Shown: piece by piece, positions 54,995 through 64,000 of the stretch
Layout: the number at the start of each line of letters is the position of its first letter
Numbering within the stretch: the stretch's first letter is position 1
NCBI GenBank assembly: GCA_016187025.1
Contig: JACPKM010000001.1
Location: forward strand, 43,188 to 107,187
Source of the DNA: Candidatus Daviesbacteria bacterium
GTDB lineage: Bacteria; Patescibacteriota; Microgenomatia; Daviesbacterales; UBA10151
DNA length: 64,000 nt
Reading direction: 5' to 3'
Program-made: the position numbers and the translations under genes
Notes under the pieces: generated by a model
The model's input: only the letters and a program-made list of their open reading frames with translations
Told to the model about the DNA's origin: nothing
Database searches by the model: none

Positions 54995-56164
54995 TTAACC
55001 AGTCTTCCGGGCCAGCAATCCAATGGGTTGATAAATATTTGTATTATTAAGATACGGGATCAGAACTACTCTCCCCTGCTCTGAGTCAGGTGGGATTCCT
55101 AACGCTTCCTCCTGATACTCCTGAGAGTAAGCTAATTTCATGGCGTACAAATGCCGGTAATATACATTCACCATGGGAAATGAGCGGGGTAAAGAGGCTC
55201 TTATGGCTTTTTTTTCATTCCCTGGTAACCCTGACCAGTTCATAACCTCTGTCTCGAATTGTAATCTGACTTTTTCAAACCTTCCCGGACGCGCCCCTTC
55301 ACGGATTGCAACTAAGGAAGAAAGAGAACCTAAATCTGTAATAAGATTAAACCGTGCTAAGAAAAACTCTACCTCCTCCTCTTCTTCTGCGGTAAGTTTT
55401 ATATTGTGTACATTCTCATATGTTATTTTTGGTGGTTTTCCCCGAGCTGATAAAAATTTTAATATTAAATCTGTAGACCCATTTCTAAGATTCAGGGCGG
55501 TATCTTGAATATCCGAATTACCTGGCACTACTAAAGATAAAATATTTTCAGGAAACTGCCGGAAGACATCACCAAGGTGGGCTGCTAGTCTACCCTCTTT
55601 TCCAATCCCTGCTATATCACCTACAACTTCTCTAGCAACATTTAGTCTTAATCTCTGGGCGAAGGGATGAGGGTCTGCCGGTCTTGATGCCCTCTGAATT
55701 GCCTCTTGTAGGTGTGATGCTATGTGTTGAGCTGCCCAATTCCAGATAGGAGGAGTCCATTTACCTCTATCACACTCTTCATCTGGGCCAATAGGTGTTA
55801 TTGAGTTACCTGCAAAATCTCTTCCTTGCCTCATCTCAGCAGTCAGCGTTGCTTCTGATAGTGAGACACTAGTTCCAGAAGTAATTGCTGTTAACCAAAT
55901 ACGCCCAACACTTCTATGCAGCAATTCCTGTGCAAGCTGGCTAGTTAAAGTGGTCTTACCTGCACCTGACTCCCCTGATATTACTACACCAACAACTCTA
56001 GGATCCTGCAATCTGCTAAATAACCAGGGAGCCAGTGGTTCGCCCCGCGAAGTTATTGCACTGTATAAAACCTCAGCTTGTCCGGCTCGAGGGCCTTTTT
56101 CAAGTTTCAGTGGAATTCTACCCTCACCGGTTTGCTTAAGTACTTCAGGTCCAACTATACTCAT
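54995..56164 (-). CDS. P-loop NTPase/kinase-like protein (uncharacterised), co-transcribed with the histidine kinase
   Basis: Walker A GESGAGKTTL; it overlaps the HK stop by 4 nt; local GC is above surroundings. Confidence 0.45.
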   Translation of the reverse strand: MSIVGPEVLKQTGEGRIPLKLEKGPRAGQAEVLYSAITSRGEPLAPWLFSRLQDPRVVGVVISGESGAGKTTLTSQLAQELLHRSVGRIWLTAITSGTSVSLSEATLTAEMRQGRDFAGNSITPIGPDEECDRGKWTPPIWNWAAQHIASHLQEAIQRASRPADPHPFAQRLRLNVAREVVGDIAGIGKEGRLAAHLGDVFRQFPENILSLVVPGNSDIQDTALNLRNGSTDLILKFLSARGKPPKITYENVHNIKLTAEEEEEVEFFLARFNLITDLGSLSSLVAIREGARPGRFEKVRLQFETEVMNWSGLPGNEKKAIRASLPRSFPMVNVYYRHLYAMKLAYSQEYQEEALGIPPDSEQGRVVLIPYLNNTNIYQPIGLLARKTG

Positions 56165-57330
56165 GGTTTTAATTTGGGCAAAGAGACTTCTACTCTTGTG
56201 CCTTGGTTAGGTTTAGAATGAATTTTTAACTTTCCATGAAGTCTGGTCACAATATCTTTTACCAAAAAAAGACCCAACCCCAACCCTTCTCTATCATGTC
56301 CTTTACCATGATGGAATCCTTCAAGAATTTTGGATATATCTTGTTTATGAATACCTATTCCCTGATCTTGAACCTGAACAACAAGGTAAGAGTTTTTATG
56401 GTTTAAGGTAATAAGAACTTGTGTATTTGACTGTGAAAATTTCACTGCATTATCAACCAGATTAGTAAACACCTGAAGAATCTTATCATAGTCTCCAATT
56501 ACCTGGTCTGAACTGTTACCCAGCTCATCTTCAATTTCTAATTTCCTTTCAGGATGGGAGAATTTAAAATCTGAACAAACTCTGACTAAAATGTCTCTTA
56601 GTTTACATTCTTTCAGATAGTATTGAAACTTACCATTCTTAATATTATTAATCTCAAGTAATTCGTTTACCAAAAGAGTTAATCTGTTTGTTTCCCAATA
56701 TAGCTGCTCTACCCACCTTGATTCTGGTGTATTTGCACCACCTAACTTGCTTTTTAGAAGCTGTGCGTATCCATTTACTGAAGTTAAAGGAGTTCTTAAC
56801 TCGTGAGCAGCCATCGAGATAAACAAATCCCTTGTTTCCAGAGCCTTTCTGGTTTCATCATATAGCTGTGTTTTGCGAATAGAAAGTGTTGCCAAAGGGG
56901 TAAACAACCGTAATATCTTATATGTTTTTTCACTAAAGTATTGCTTCTTAGTTGACTGCAAAGCCAATACCCCAATTGAAATATTACGATATGAAAGTGG
57001 TGCTGCAATGATAGAATGAATATTGACTTGTTTTAAAAAAGGATGGATCCGGGACAAGTGAGAAACATTTAGAATCTTCATTTTCTGTTGTTTAAATACC
57101 TGATACATTGATCCTCTAGGGCGGTTTTTAATCTTATAAAAACCTGGGGAACTAGCATATACCCGCTCAAGTCCATTTTTTCCATCCAAAAAAAGAGAGC
57201 CATATTCAGCGTCTAATAATTTAATTGATTCATCTACAATAAGCTTATGTGTTACTTCCGGGGTAAGAGGAACTAAAAATTTTAACCCTGATTTGTAAAT
57301 TTTTTCCAGTACATCATCATTCATTGCCAT
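56161..57330 (-). CDS. sensor histidine kinase (cytoplasmic, GAF-like N-terminus)
   Basis: H-box AAHELRTPL; N/G boxes (NLVDNAVKF, GIGIH, GLGLGL). Confidence 0.8.
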   Translation of the reverse strand: MAMNDDVLEKIYKSGLKFLVPLTPEVTHKLIVDESIKLLDAEYGSLFLDGKNGLERVYASSPGFYKIKNRPRGSMYQVFKQQKMKILNVSHLSRIHPFLKQVNIHSIIAAPLSYRNISIGVLALQSTKKQYFSEKTYKILRLFTPLATLSIRKTQLYDETRKALETRDLFISMAAHELRTPLTSVNGYAQLLKSKLGGANTPESRWVEQLYWETNRLTLLVNELLEINNIKNGKFQYYLKECKLRDILVRVCSDFKFSHPERKLEIEDELGNSSDQVIGDYDKILQVFTNLVDNAVKFSQSNTQVLITLNHKNSYLVVQVQDQGIGIHKQDISKILEGFHHGKGHDREGLGLGLFLVKDIVTRLHGKLKIHSKPNQGTRVEVSLPKLKP

Positions 57331-57492
57331 ATATTCTAATCCTATAATGTTTTATTGGCAAGGTTAATATCTGTATGACTTGTGTAAGATATTGGTAAAT
57401 AAATTGTAAATCCAGTATCTTTTTCTTAATTCTTACCTGATTATTATTTACTTTTTATCCCTTATTTTTACAATGTGTGAGATAAATTACTT

Positions 57493-58158
57493 ATGCTATC
57501 AGAAAACATTTCAAAAAAAGTTTTTAATTACTTTCAATCCTCAACTATCACTAGGTTTAAGAAAAAGGATATTGTCCTGCACCCAGAACAAAACACTTCC
57601 TTGGTTTTTTCTATCAAAAGTGGCTTTGCCAGAGCGTATAGGATCTCAGAAGACGGAGACGAACTGACCTTAATGATTTTAAAGTCTGGAGATATCTTTC
57701 CTTTGGCTATTGGAATCCTCTCAGACCACAATAATTACTACATTGAAGCTATAACCTCTTTAGAGGTTTACTCTGCCAAAGAAGACCTTTTTCTAAGCTT
57801 TGTCAAAAGCAGACCAGAAATTTTTTATGAACTGATGACAGATACGCTAGCCCAATTTAATAATTTACTTGCCAGGATGGAAAACCTGGTAATCGGTAAG
57901 GCTTATTCAAAGGTTGTTTCTACCCTTTTGTCTTGTGTGCAAAGTTTTGGCCAGAAAAAAGGAGATAATGTAATTTTAAACTTACCCTTAACTCATAAAG
58001 ATATTGCAAATTTGGCAGGCATTACCAGAGAAACTACCTGTTTAGAAATGAAAAAATTGGTCAACAAGGGGTTAATTTCAAAAAGCGGAAAACTATTTAT
58101 AGTCACTAATTTGAAACAACTAGAAGAAGAGGTGTATGAGCCACCGCTTCACTACTGA
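57493..58158 (+). CDS. Crp/Fnr-family transcriptional regulator
   Basis: cNMP-binding beta-barrel region plus a C-terminal HTH (DIANLAGITRETTCLEMKKL). Confidence 0.75.
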   Translation: MLSENISKKVFNYFQSSTITRFKKKDIVLHPEQNTSLVFSIKSGFARAYRISEDGDELTLMILKSGDIFPLAIGILSDHNNYYIEAITSLEVYSAKEDLFLSFVKSRPEIFYELMTDTLAQFNNLLARMENLVIGKAYSKVVSTLLSCVQSFGQKKGDNVILNLPLTHKDIANLAGITRETTCLEMKKLVNKGLISKSGKLFIVTNLKQLEEEVYEPPLHY

Positions 58159-58207
58159 TTCCTTTTTGTGTGAATCTATATTAAATGAACGTATCGGTGG
58201 AATGTTA

Positions 58208-58486
58208 TCAAACACCCCTTAATGCCCTTCCAATGAATAAAAGCAGTAACGCTCCAAGAGAGGCAACTATAATAGAGCTTAAGTTGAATCCAGAAATACC
58301 TACTCCAAAAATCAGACTGCCTAAATACCCACCAATCAAGGCACCTAATACTCCAAGCACCATTGACCCTAAAATTCCACCTCTAGATGGTCGTGGATCA
58401 ATTAGATTTGCAACGGAGCCAGCAATAATTCCCAGTAAAATCCAAGCCAAAACACTCATAACTTTATACTTCTCACCTCCCTCCAA
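58208..58486 (-). CDS. GlsB/YeaQ/YmgE-family small membrane protein
   Basis: Paralog of 53912..54172 (GIIAGSVANLIDP...GGILG). Confidence 0.7.
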   Translation of the reverse strand: MEGGEKYKVMSVLAWILLGIIAGSVANLIDPRPSRGGILGSMVLGVLGALIGGYLGSLIFGVGISGFNLSSIIVASLGALLLLFIGRALRGV

Positions 58487-58571
58487 ACTGTAAAGATTGG
58501 GTTACATCATAAAAAAAGCTGTTAAGAAGATCTAAAAGAACGTGTAAGAAGATCGGAAGAATTAAATAATA

Positions 58572-59060
58572 TCAAGATCGTTTTTTATCTTTTAAAAACT
58601 TAATCGAACAAGTAGTGGAAAAATTCTTTAAAATGGATACTTTAAGCAGCTTGGCATTTGTTAGCTGAGCTTGTCTTTGTTTATGATCAATATTTGGGTC
58701 CCCTTTGGAGGTTACAATTATATCCGGGCAAATCTTTTTTACTATTTGGTCATATTGCTGGTCAGTTGCCATAAAAGGCAAGTTAACTACATAATCTACT
58801 ATACTAAGTGATGATAAAACCTGAGATCTTGCTTTCTGGTTAAATACCGGCCGGTGGTTTCCTTTTCTTTTAACAATGTTTAAATCATTTTCCAAAAGTA
58901 TTACTAAAAAATCAGCTTGTTGTTTTGCTTTAGTTAAAAAGTGAATATGTCCTGGATGAATAAGGTCAAAACAACCTCCACATAAAGAAATCGTCTTTTT
59001 TTGGTTTTTCAAGCTCTTTAGGACATTTAAAAAGTTTTTGACAGACACCACTTTCCCCAT
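58572..59060 (-). CDS. cytidylyl/adenylyltransferase-family nucleotidyltransferase (HxGH)
   Basis: GGCFDLIHPGHIHFL, as in TagD or RfaE domain II. Confidence 0.6.
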   Translation of the reverse strand: MGKVVSVKNFLNVLKSLKNQKKTISLCGGCFDLIHPGHIHFLTKAKQQADFLVILLENDLNIVKRKGNHRPVFNQKARSQVLSSLSIVDYVVNLPFMATDQQYDQIVKKICPDIIVTSKGDPNIDHKQRQAQLTNAKLLKVSILKNFSTTCSIKFLKDKKRS

Positions 59061-59078
59061 AAGATAAGAATATTGGGC

Positions 59079-59726
59079 TCAATCAGTTAACTTGCTGTCA
59101 ATAATTTGTTTCATCTTTTCATATCCAGGCACTCCTACAACTTTTTCTCCATCTATAAAAAAGGTTGGGGTTGCATTTACTCCCAAGCTTATTCCGTCTT
59201 CCTTATCTTTGTTAATTTTATCCTCATATACATTACTTTCTACTGCTTGTTTAAACTTATCTGTATCTAAGCTTAGGGCTTGGGCATAACTGATAAAAAC
59301 TTCTAAGGGACTCTCAGCAGTTTCCCACTCCAGCTGGTTTTGATACAGCTTATCTGCCATTTCAAAAAACTTCCCTTGATCCCCTGCTGCCTCAGCAGCT
59401 TCTGCTGCTATTGGAGCATTTTTGTGAGCAGGCAGAGGAAAATGCCGGTAAACATAGTTCATTCTACCCCGGTATTCAGCTATGAATTGTGTAACTAACG
59501 GATGTGCTGCACGGCATGCTGGACACTGAAAGTCTGCAAACTCAACAAAAGTAACTTTAGCAGAATCTGTTGCAATTTTAAAACTATCTTCCCTGACAAG
59601 TAATTCAGGCCTGGTAACTTGCTTAGATGGTTGTTCTGAATTCCTGCCTAAAAGAAAAACTGCACCAAACAGAATAATAAGGGTTGCAGCTCCTATTCCT
59701 ATCAAAATTTTTACTTCCTGAGTCAT
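59079..59726 (-). CDS. DsbA-family thiol:disulfide oxidoreductase
   Basis: CPAC active site, thioredoxin fold and an N-terminal TM anchor. Confidence 0.7.
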   Translation of the reverse strand: MTQEVKILIGIGAATLIILFGAVFLLGRNSEQPSKQVTRPELLVREDSFKIATDSAKVTFVEFADFQCPACRAAHPLVTQFIAEYRGRMNYVYRHFPLPAHKNAPIAAEAAEAAGDQGKFFEMADKLYQNQLEWETAESPLEVFISYAQALSLDTDKFKQAVESNVYEDKINKDKEDGISLGVNATPTFFIDGEKVVGVPGYEKMKQIIDSKLTD

Positions 59727-60145
59727 TTCTTACGTTCCTTTAATGAAACATACATACAAGCAGTGATAATAGCAAAGGAAAGTAAAGATAAAAATGGGAT
59801 GGTGATAAAACCAAACCATTCTATGTATACACTGGTGCAAGACACCCCCAAACTACATGGTCCGAGCTGATCAGCAATCACTCCCATTTGCAGCAAATAC
59901 TGGTAAAATGCCACTACCATACCAAGAAGAGAAAAAGGCAGTACATAAAAGGCAAGTTTTTTATCTTTTAGTAAAATCCCCACTGCAATAATTATCACCA
60001 AAGGGTAGGTTAAAATTCTTTGGTACCAACATAAAATACATGGAACAAATCCTAATATTTCGCTAAAATATAGGCTTCCCAAGGTTGCAATCAGTGCTTG
60101 AACCCATGCTAAATATACAAGGTTATCTTTGATTTTTACAAACAT
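59723..60145 (-). CDS. DsbB/BdbC-family disulfide bond formation protein
   Basis: Four TM segments with PCILCWYQR and a second Cys pair (CSLGVSC); overlaps dsbA. Confidence 0.65.
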   Translation of the reverse strand: MFVKIKDNLVYLAWVQALIATLGSLYFSEILGFVPCILCWYQRILTYPLVIIIAVGILLKDKKLAFYVLPFSLLGMVVAFYQYLLQMGVIADQLGPCSLGVSCTSVYIEWFGFITIPFLSLLSFAIITACMYVSLKERKK

Positions 60146-60208
60146 AAAAAGCTTCTCGAGTATAACATATGCTTTCTATATCTAGACAAGGAGTATAATT
60201 TAGCAGAA

Positions 60209-60799
60209 ATGCCAAAACCATATATTGTAAAAGATAAATTCACTATTAAAGCTAAAAATGAAGGGTTTAGAGCAAGATCTGTTTATAAACTATTCGAGCT
60301 TGATCAAAGGTTTAATATATTTAAAAGGGGGATGAAAGTGCTGGATTTAGGAGCTGCTCCTGGCTCCTGGCTACAGCTAATCAGCAAAAGCATAGGTCCA
60401 ACAGGTTTTGTGCTGGGGCTGGATTTGCAGGAAATAAAACCTATTGAAAAAAACGTTATGACCAAAGTTTGTGACATTACTAACCTTTCTCAAGTAGAAA
60501 AATACTTAAATGAAGTAAACATTGCAAATCCAGATGTAATAGTTTCTGACTTGGCCCCTTTTACAACAGGAGTAAAATATACTGACCAGCAAAGAAGTTT
60601 GGAATTGAACCAAGTAGTTTTTGAAATAGCAAAGAAAAGCTTAAAAAGGGGTATTTTAGTAATGAAGATGTTTGAAGGACCAGACATGCCTTGGTTTATC
60701 AAGCAGTTGAAAAACTACTTCTCTCTTGTTCAAACCACTACGGTTAAAGCAACACGGGACAGAAGCAAGGAGATGTATATAATATGCAAAAAAGTATAA
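60209..60799 (+). CDS. rlmE: 23S rRNA 2'-O-methyltransferase RlmE/FtsJ
   Basis: RSVYKLFELDQRF...VLDLGAAPGSWLQ. Confidence 0.8.
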   Translation: MPKPYIVKDKFTIKAKNEGFRARSVYKLFELDQRFNIFKRGMKVLDLGAAPGSWLQLISKSIGPTGFVLGLDLQEIKPIEKNVMTKVCDITNLSQVEKYLNEVNIANPDVIVSDLAPFTTGVKYTDQQRSLELNQVVFEIAKKSLKRGILVMKMFEGPDMPWFIKQLKNYFSLVQTTTVKATRDRSKEMYIICKKV

Positions 60800-60815
60800 G
60801 CTTTACCTAAATATC

Positions 60816-61250
60816 TTACTCCACGATAAACTGACCTACCATGCCCATCTGGCGGTGATTACCAACACTGCAAAAATACTCAAAAGTACCCTTCTTGTCT
60901 GCAATAAACTCTATTGTGTCGGTCTCCCCTGCATTAATCTGCTTTGTTTTAGTATTAAACCCGCTCAGTGTCCAGTCATGAAAGCCTTCAGTATTTCTAA
61001 AAACTATTCTAACTCTATCGCCCTCATTGACTCTGATCTCTTTAGGAGCAAACTCAAAAGGCCTGCCCTCTACCTCAAATGTTTTAACAATGGCAGGAGC
61101 AGGAGAAGTATTTAGAATTCCCCCACCTTGTACTTGTTCCTCATTTACCTGGCTTCTTTGCGACTGAGTAGCCCAAAATAACCCACCAGCTAAAATTAGC
61201 ACTAGAATACCTAGTCCTACTGCCCAGGTTATATTGTTCATGTTTATCAC
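60816..61250 (-). CDS. cupredoxin (type 1 copper protein), secreted or anchored
   Basis: FHDW...YFCSVGNHRQMGM gives the H, C, H, M ligand pattern. Confidence 0.7.
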   Translation of the reverse strand: MINMNNITWAVGLGILVLILAGGLFWATQSQRSQVNEEQVQGGGILNTSPAPAIVKTFEVEGRPFEFAPKEIRVNEGDRVRIVFRNTEGFHDWTLSGFNTKTKQINAGETDTIEFIADKKGTFEYFCSVGNHRQMGMVGQFIVE

Positions 61251-61424
61251 CCCCCCTTAACCAAAAATTTTGTTAATACTATTATGACAATATAAAAAGC
61301 AGAAAATGGATAAGAAATAGTAAGTAGTTAGTAAGAGACAGTTTCTTACTGACCTGTTTCTAAAAAATGATGCATTTCATAATCACTCAATATAATATGA
61401 AAGTTTCATATTAAGGAGGCTTGT

Positions 61425-61979
61425 TTGATCAAAATAGTAGCTTTTTTAACTTTTTCAATTATTTTGACTATAACCATATTTGGAACATTAGCTAAAACTG
61501 CCCTAGCAGGCAATCCTACTGTTTCCCCCATCTCAGCAACTGTTGTAAATATTCAAAACTCCCAATTTTTACCTCAGCAGATAAATATAGCTGCAGGAGA
61601 AACAATTACCTGGGTAAACCAAGACTCTATCGAGCATACGACAACCTCCGATGATATAAACGCAGCAGAGTCTTGGGGTTCTGGGACTTTAGTACCAGGA
61701 CAGTCTTTTTCAAAAATGTTTACCAAGCCTGGAGTTTATAACTACCATTGCAGTGTCCATCCCTCAATGCGCGGCACTGTAGTAGTTATGGAAACAACCC
61801 GACCACCAACTACAAGTCCCCCAAGCCAGTTACCCAAAACCGGGACACCTTTGGAAACTTTATTTATTTTAGCGGGACTACTACCACTGGGATTAAAACT
61901 TATGAGATTTAGCTCAGTTAAAACTATTAGAAAACAAGGGCAATACTTATGGCAAGAGCGCCAATTCAAAATAACCTAA
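61425..61979 (+). CDS. cupredoxin with a C-terminal LPXTG-type sorting signal
   Basis: YHCSVHPSMRG Cu site, then LPKTG plus a hydrophobic stretch plus a basic tail. Confidence 0.7.
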   Translation: MIKIVAFLTFSIILTITIFGTLAKTALAGNPTVSPISATVVNIQNSQFLPQQINIAAGETITWVNQDSIEHTTTSDDINAAESWGSGTLVPGQSFSKMFTKPGVYNYHCSVHPSMRGTVVVMETTRPPTTSPPSQLPKTGTPLETLFILAGLLPLGLKLMRFSSVKTIRKQGQYLWQERQFKIT

Positions 61980-62070
61980 AAAAGCAAACTTGATTAGTTG
62001 CTATAACACTAAGGCTTATTTTTACCGCTTCTTCTCTTGACAAAATAATTAGAAATGATAGACTTTATAT

Positions 62071-62442
62071 ATGAGCAATCGTGCATATATTCAAGGACAT
62101 GAAGGTCACCCTCATTACATAACCAATTCGAAAGTTATATCCTTGCAGAAGACTATCAGTTTTTCCCCGGAGGAAGAAGAGTGGGTAAGGATTATCCGTA
62201 ATCTATCAGACCCGACAAAGCTTAAGATTTATTTAATACTTACAAAGGTAAAAGAAATTCCGGTTGCTGATTTGACCCAAGTTTTGAATGTTTCCCAATC
62301 AGCTATATCACATGCATTATCAGATTTAAAAAACCTGGGACTTGTTGAATGTCACCGCTGCGGGCAATTGATCTGTTATTCCCTAAGCAACAGTAATAAG
62401 AAAAGAAGTTTTTTCAACCTTTTTGAAAGATTCAAGCCGTGA
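62071..62442 (+). CDS. ArsR/SmtB-family HTH regulator
   Basis: wHTH (LTQVLNVSQSAISHALSDLKNLGLV). Confidence 0.55.
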   Translation: MSNRAYIQGHEGHPHYITNSKVISLQKTISFSPEEEEWVRIIRNLSDPTKLKIYLILTKVKEIPVADLTQVLNVSQSAISHALSDLKNLGLVECHRCGQLICYSLSNSNKKRSFFNLFERFKP

Positions 62443-62888
62443 AACCATTTAATATTTTTATCGTTTTGTCTCTACTGATAGTTACAGTCGGATTTGTCTT
62501 TTTTAAAGATGGGTTTAGTAAACTTCAAAAAAGTGTAAGTCCTGCCAACTCTTCCAACTCTGAAATTTTAATGGATCGTTTGAATTACCGTGATTATTCC
62601 CCAAACAATTTAGAATCCGCCCTAAAAAATGGAAGACCAGTTTTATTTTTTGCTGCCACAATCTGGTGTCAAACCTGCCAGGCTTTGGAAGAAGAGATAA
62701 AAGAGAGAGCTAATTCTCTCCCTCCTGATGTAACAATCCTAAAAGTGGATTATGACAACGATAAAATAATGAACAATAAATATAGAGTAACTTCTCAGCA
62801 TACATTGATTGTTCTAGATAGAAACGGCAATGAAGTTAAAAGGTGGATTGGTGGCAACCTTGATGCCTTAATTCAAAACCTGGAGTAA
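62439..62888 (+). CDS. thioredoxin-like protein with an N-terminal TM segment
   Basis: WCQTC CxxC motif. Confidence 0.6.
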   Translation: MKPFNIFIVLSLLIVTVGFVFFKDGFSKLQKSVSPANSSNSEILMDRLNYRDYSPNNLESALKNGRPVLFFAATIWCQTCQALEEEIKERANSLPPDVTILKVDYDNDKIMNNKYRVTSQHTLIVLDRNGNEVKRWIGGNLDALIQNLE

Positions 62889-62891
62889 ACT

Positions 62892-64000
62892 TATGTTTCT
62901 GCTCATACCAATAGCCTTTATATCAGGAATCTTGACAGTGTTTTCTCCCTGTGTGTTGCCAATTTTGCCAGTTGTTTTAGCAAGCGGTATTGACGGCAAC
63001 ATTAAAAGAATTAAGGGTGTGATTTCTGGACTTGTTATAAGTTTTACTATCGCCTCTTTACTTTTGGCAACAATAGTTAGAGTTTTAGGAATCCCTGCAG
63101 ATACTGTTAGAACCTTAGCAGTAATTCTTTTAATCATATTCGGAATAAGCCTAGTTTTTCCTATTATCTGGGAGAAAGTTCAAATCTGGATTGAAAGGTA
63201 CTGGCACATTCAACCAATACAAAACCAAAACAGCGGCTTCTGGGGAGGATTTTTAACAGGTTCAAGTTTAGGGATTGTGTGGACTCCATGTATTGGCCCT
63301 ATTGTAGCGGCCATGGCAACGCTAGCTGCTGTCAGCTCATTTTCTCTGACAATGGTTATAATTGTTTTAGCTTACGCAATTGGTGCGGGAGTTCCTCTTT
63401 ACTTTATAGCAAAAGGCGGCAGTGCAGCATCCCAGAAGCTAACATTTTTTAAAACTGAAAACCAAAAGATCAGACAAATATTTGGAATAATTATTCTAGC
63501 AACTGCCCTTTTTATTTGGACAGGTTTAGATAGAGTATTACAAGGATGGACATTGGCTAATTTACCACAGTCTTGGACTCAAATTGCAACTACCTTTGAG
63601 AGTAGATTTAATGTTGACAACCAAGTTAATCAACAAACGCAAAAGGCAAGCCCTGGAGAAACTGTTGTAAGAAAAGTATCTCTACAAAATGATTTTACCG
63701 GAGCAAAGGTAAAACCAGAAGATTTGCTACAAGGTTGTTTTGGGCAAGACTGCATTCCTTCTATTGATAACCCTAAATTTGAATCTGTTCAGGATGCTAG
63801 TTGGTTAAGGGATGAAGATATAGTATTTGCTATTAATTATAAGGGGACTCAAAGAGCTTATCCACAGCGAATTCTCAACTGGCATGAGATAGTAAATGAT
63901 ACAATTGCAGGTGATCCGATTGCTGTTACCTTTTGCCCTCTTTGTGGCAGTGCTTTAGCCTTTGAAAGAAAAGTAGATGGAGTAATTACAGAATTTGGGG
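62892..64000 (+). CDS. CcdA/DsbD-family thiol-disulfide transporter fused to a DUF3179-like domain (partial; runs off window end)
   Basis: The continuous plus-strand ORF has no stop in the window. It carries SPCVLP and TPCIGP Cys motifs in TM helices, then ...AYPQRILNWHEIVND...FCPLCGSA. Confidence 0.55.

Noticed and set aside
1-64000. CRISPR arrays, rRNA genes, IS elements with terminal inverted repeats
   Set aside because: No regularly spaced direct repeats with unique spacers, no rRNA-like conserved stretches, and no transposase ORF were seen. The only long exact repeats are the 66-bp att-like pair and the short motifs reported above.

Overview
This window is an AT-rich (about 35 to 38% GC) bacterial chromosome segment with dense, short genes, mostly on the minus strand. 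Its gene content resembles a small-genome, possibly CPR/Patescibacteria-like organism, but this is an inference from content only. Core genes recognised with confidence are carA and carB, polA, ftsH, trpS, recF, fpg (mutM), pth, ispH, trxB, rlmE, an ATP-dependent DNA ligase, a class I FBA, and a two-component system plus a Crp-family regulator. The 3' end carries a redox and oxidative-folding cluster: Ni-SOD with its SodX maturation peptidase, DsbA/DsbB, cupredoxins (one with an LPXTG anchor), thioredoxin-like proteins and a CcdA-DUF3179 fusion. Accessory content is rich. It includes two Fic proteins, three toxin-antitoxin pairs (MazEF-like, HicAB, BrnTA), an EndoQ-like nuclease beside a PaaX-like regulator flanked by palindromic sites, and a VirD4/TraD-like ATPase next to tRNA-Ile(UAU). 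There is also a tRNA(CAU) apparently split by a group I-like intron of about 218 nt. Downstream of that tRNA lie two tandem island-like segments bounded by 66-bp perfect direct repeats that share an 11-nt core with the tRNA 3' end. The most unusual unexplained signals are: (i) a 19-nt motif CCCCCTTTCCRCTTTCCCC recurring in frame (as Gly-Glu-Ser-Gly-Lys-Gly) in four unrelated CDSs; (ii) a structured RNA-like element in two copies with compensatory base changes, one of them in the carA leader with an intrinsic terminator abutting the start codon; (iii) a GC-rich, promoter- and terminator-bounded RNA of about 290 nt upstream of a NYN-domain gene; and (iv) a four-helix-bundle mini-element flanked by heptamer-containing direct repeats, inserted into a citryl-CoA synthetase/lyase-like operon. 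No CRISPR array and no rRNA were seen.
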